64,000 bases of DNA from an uncultured Oscillospiraceae bacterium (GTDB lineage: Bacteria; Bacillota; Clostridia; Christensenellales; CAG-314), in NCBI GenBank assembly GCA_964533825.1, contig CAZHMU010000003.1:90964-154963 (forward strand), written 5' to 3'. This document shows, piece by piece, positions 63,108 through 64,000 of the stretch. Each line of letters begins with the position of its first letter. The stretch's first letter is position 1. Both the position numbers and the translations under genes were made by a program. The notes under the pieces were generated by a model. It saw only the letters and a program-made list of their open reading frames with translations. It was not told the origin of the DNA and did not search any database.

Positions 63108-63908
63108 CTAACCATTTTGTTGAGCTTTCCTTTGAGCATTTTTGTTTTTGATAAGGTTGTACACCCCGTTGAATACAAAAATGTAGACAACCAACAACAA
63201 CACTACTATCAATGGGTAAATTACAGGGTTGCCGTTGACAAGGTTGAAGATGATGTCGTAAGGTGTGCCATCACCACGCATCAAGAAAAAGTAGTTGTAG
63301 TCAAGTAAAATATTTGCAATGTACGCCAAAACGCTTACGCCAAACATGATGGCAAAAGTAAGTGGCAGGTTTTTCTTTCTCATGCTGGCCATGCCAGAAA
63401 TGACAATGTAAAGGGATGCAAAGCCGGATATGCCATGAGTGATAGCTGATGCAACGTTGTAGAAAGAGAATACTGGGTATGCGCCATAGTTTTGTCCTGC
63501 AAAGTACAACCCCATCACTGCTGCGAGGATACCAAAGATGAACACAAAGTCCAATCCAACTTCCTTCAAGCGACCTTTGGCAAATGCGGCAATGGGGATG
63601 GTAATAAACTGAATACTGCATAAAAACAGTGGCAAACTGTACAGCCAGTAGGTTGGGTCTTTGCGCACGAAGGACTCCATCACAATGCGGAAAAACTCAA
63701 AACCATCAATGATGATTGCCGTCCAAACAAGAACCTTGTTTTTTTCTTTTTCTGTTTTGTTCTTGTTGACTATGCCCAGCCAAATTGCAAGGGCAATTAC
63801 TATTGCAAACCAAACGGATACCGACACCAAGTGTTGCCAGGACATATACCCCTCGACAGGTCGCTCATAGCCACCAAAACCAAAAAATTCTCTCAATGCT
63901 TCTAACAT
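63108..63908 (-). CDS. Integral membrane protein (YwaF / TIGR02206-like)
   Basis: Start trimmed to 63908 with GAGGAG SD. About 7 TM segments. The family guess comes from the overall pattern. Confidence 0.55.
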   Translation of the reverse strand: MLEALREFFGFGGYERPVEGYMSWQHLVSVSVWFAIVIALAIWLGIVNKNKTEKEKNKVLVWTAIIIDGFEFFRIVMESFVRKDPTYWLYSLPLFLCSIQFITIPIAAFAKGRLKEVGLDFVFIFGILAAVMGLYFAGQNYGAYPVFSFYNVASAITHGISGFASLYIVISGMASMRKKNLPLTFAIMFGVSVLAYIANILLDYNYFFLMRGDGTPYDIIFNLVNGNPVIYPLIVVLLLVVYIFVFNGVYNLIKNKNAQRKAQQNG

Positions 63909-64000
63909 TTGTTTACTCCTCTCAAAAAAATGTCGAAAACTTGCATAACAAATTATAGGCCAATCTGCATACATTGTCAATAGTTTGTAGCAGAAATGCA

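Overview
This 64-kb chromosomal window looks like a moderate-GC Bacillota (Clostridia-like) genome, with about 85% of genes on the minus strand. It has three parts. (i) 1-16.1 kb is an accessory, surface-protein region ending at tRNA-Thr(CGU). It holds two GH28-like beta-helix lipoproteins, a truncated serine-recombinase remnant, small orphan genes, two TetR regulators and a mosaic cluster of secreted lipoproteins. That cluster includes a protein with about 21 YD-like repeats and a 588-bp near-identical duplication flanking a 725-aa lipoprotein gene. (ii) The core genes are TSCPD, rsfS, a nadD-yqeK fusion, hslO, asd-dapA-dapB, a U32 peptidase with an O-methyltransferase, and RNase J. Further on are ispDF, an S4 protein, recR, ybaB, dnaX, sigH, rlmB, mrnC, a flavodiiron protein and others. 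(iii) At 33.5-41.9 kb lies an intact, translationally coupled phage-type packaging and head cluster: terminase large subunit, portal, scaffold, major capsid and unknown ORFs. It has no integrase, replication, recognisable tail or lysis genes, and an ArpU/sigma-like regulator sits at 43.4-43.8 kb. Intergenic spacers carry a dispersed family of strand-specific REP-like hairpins plus two other short repeat motifs. All product names come from by-eye motif and synteny recognition. No database search, HMM or folding program was available, so distant-homology calls are tentative.
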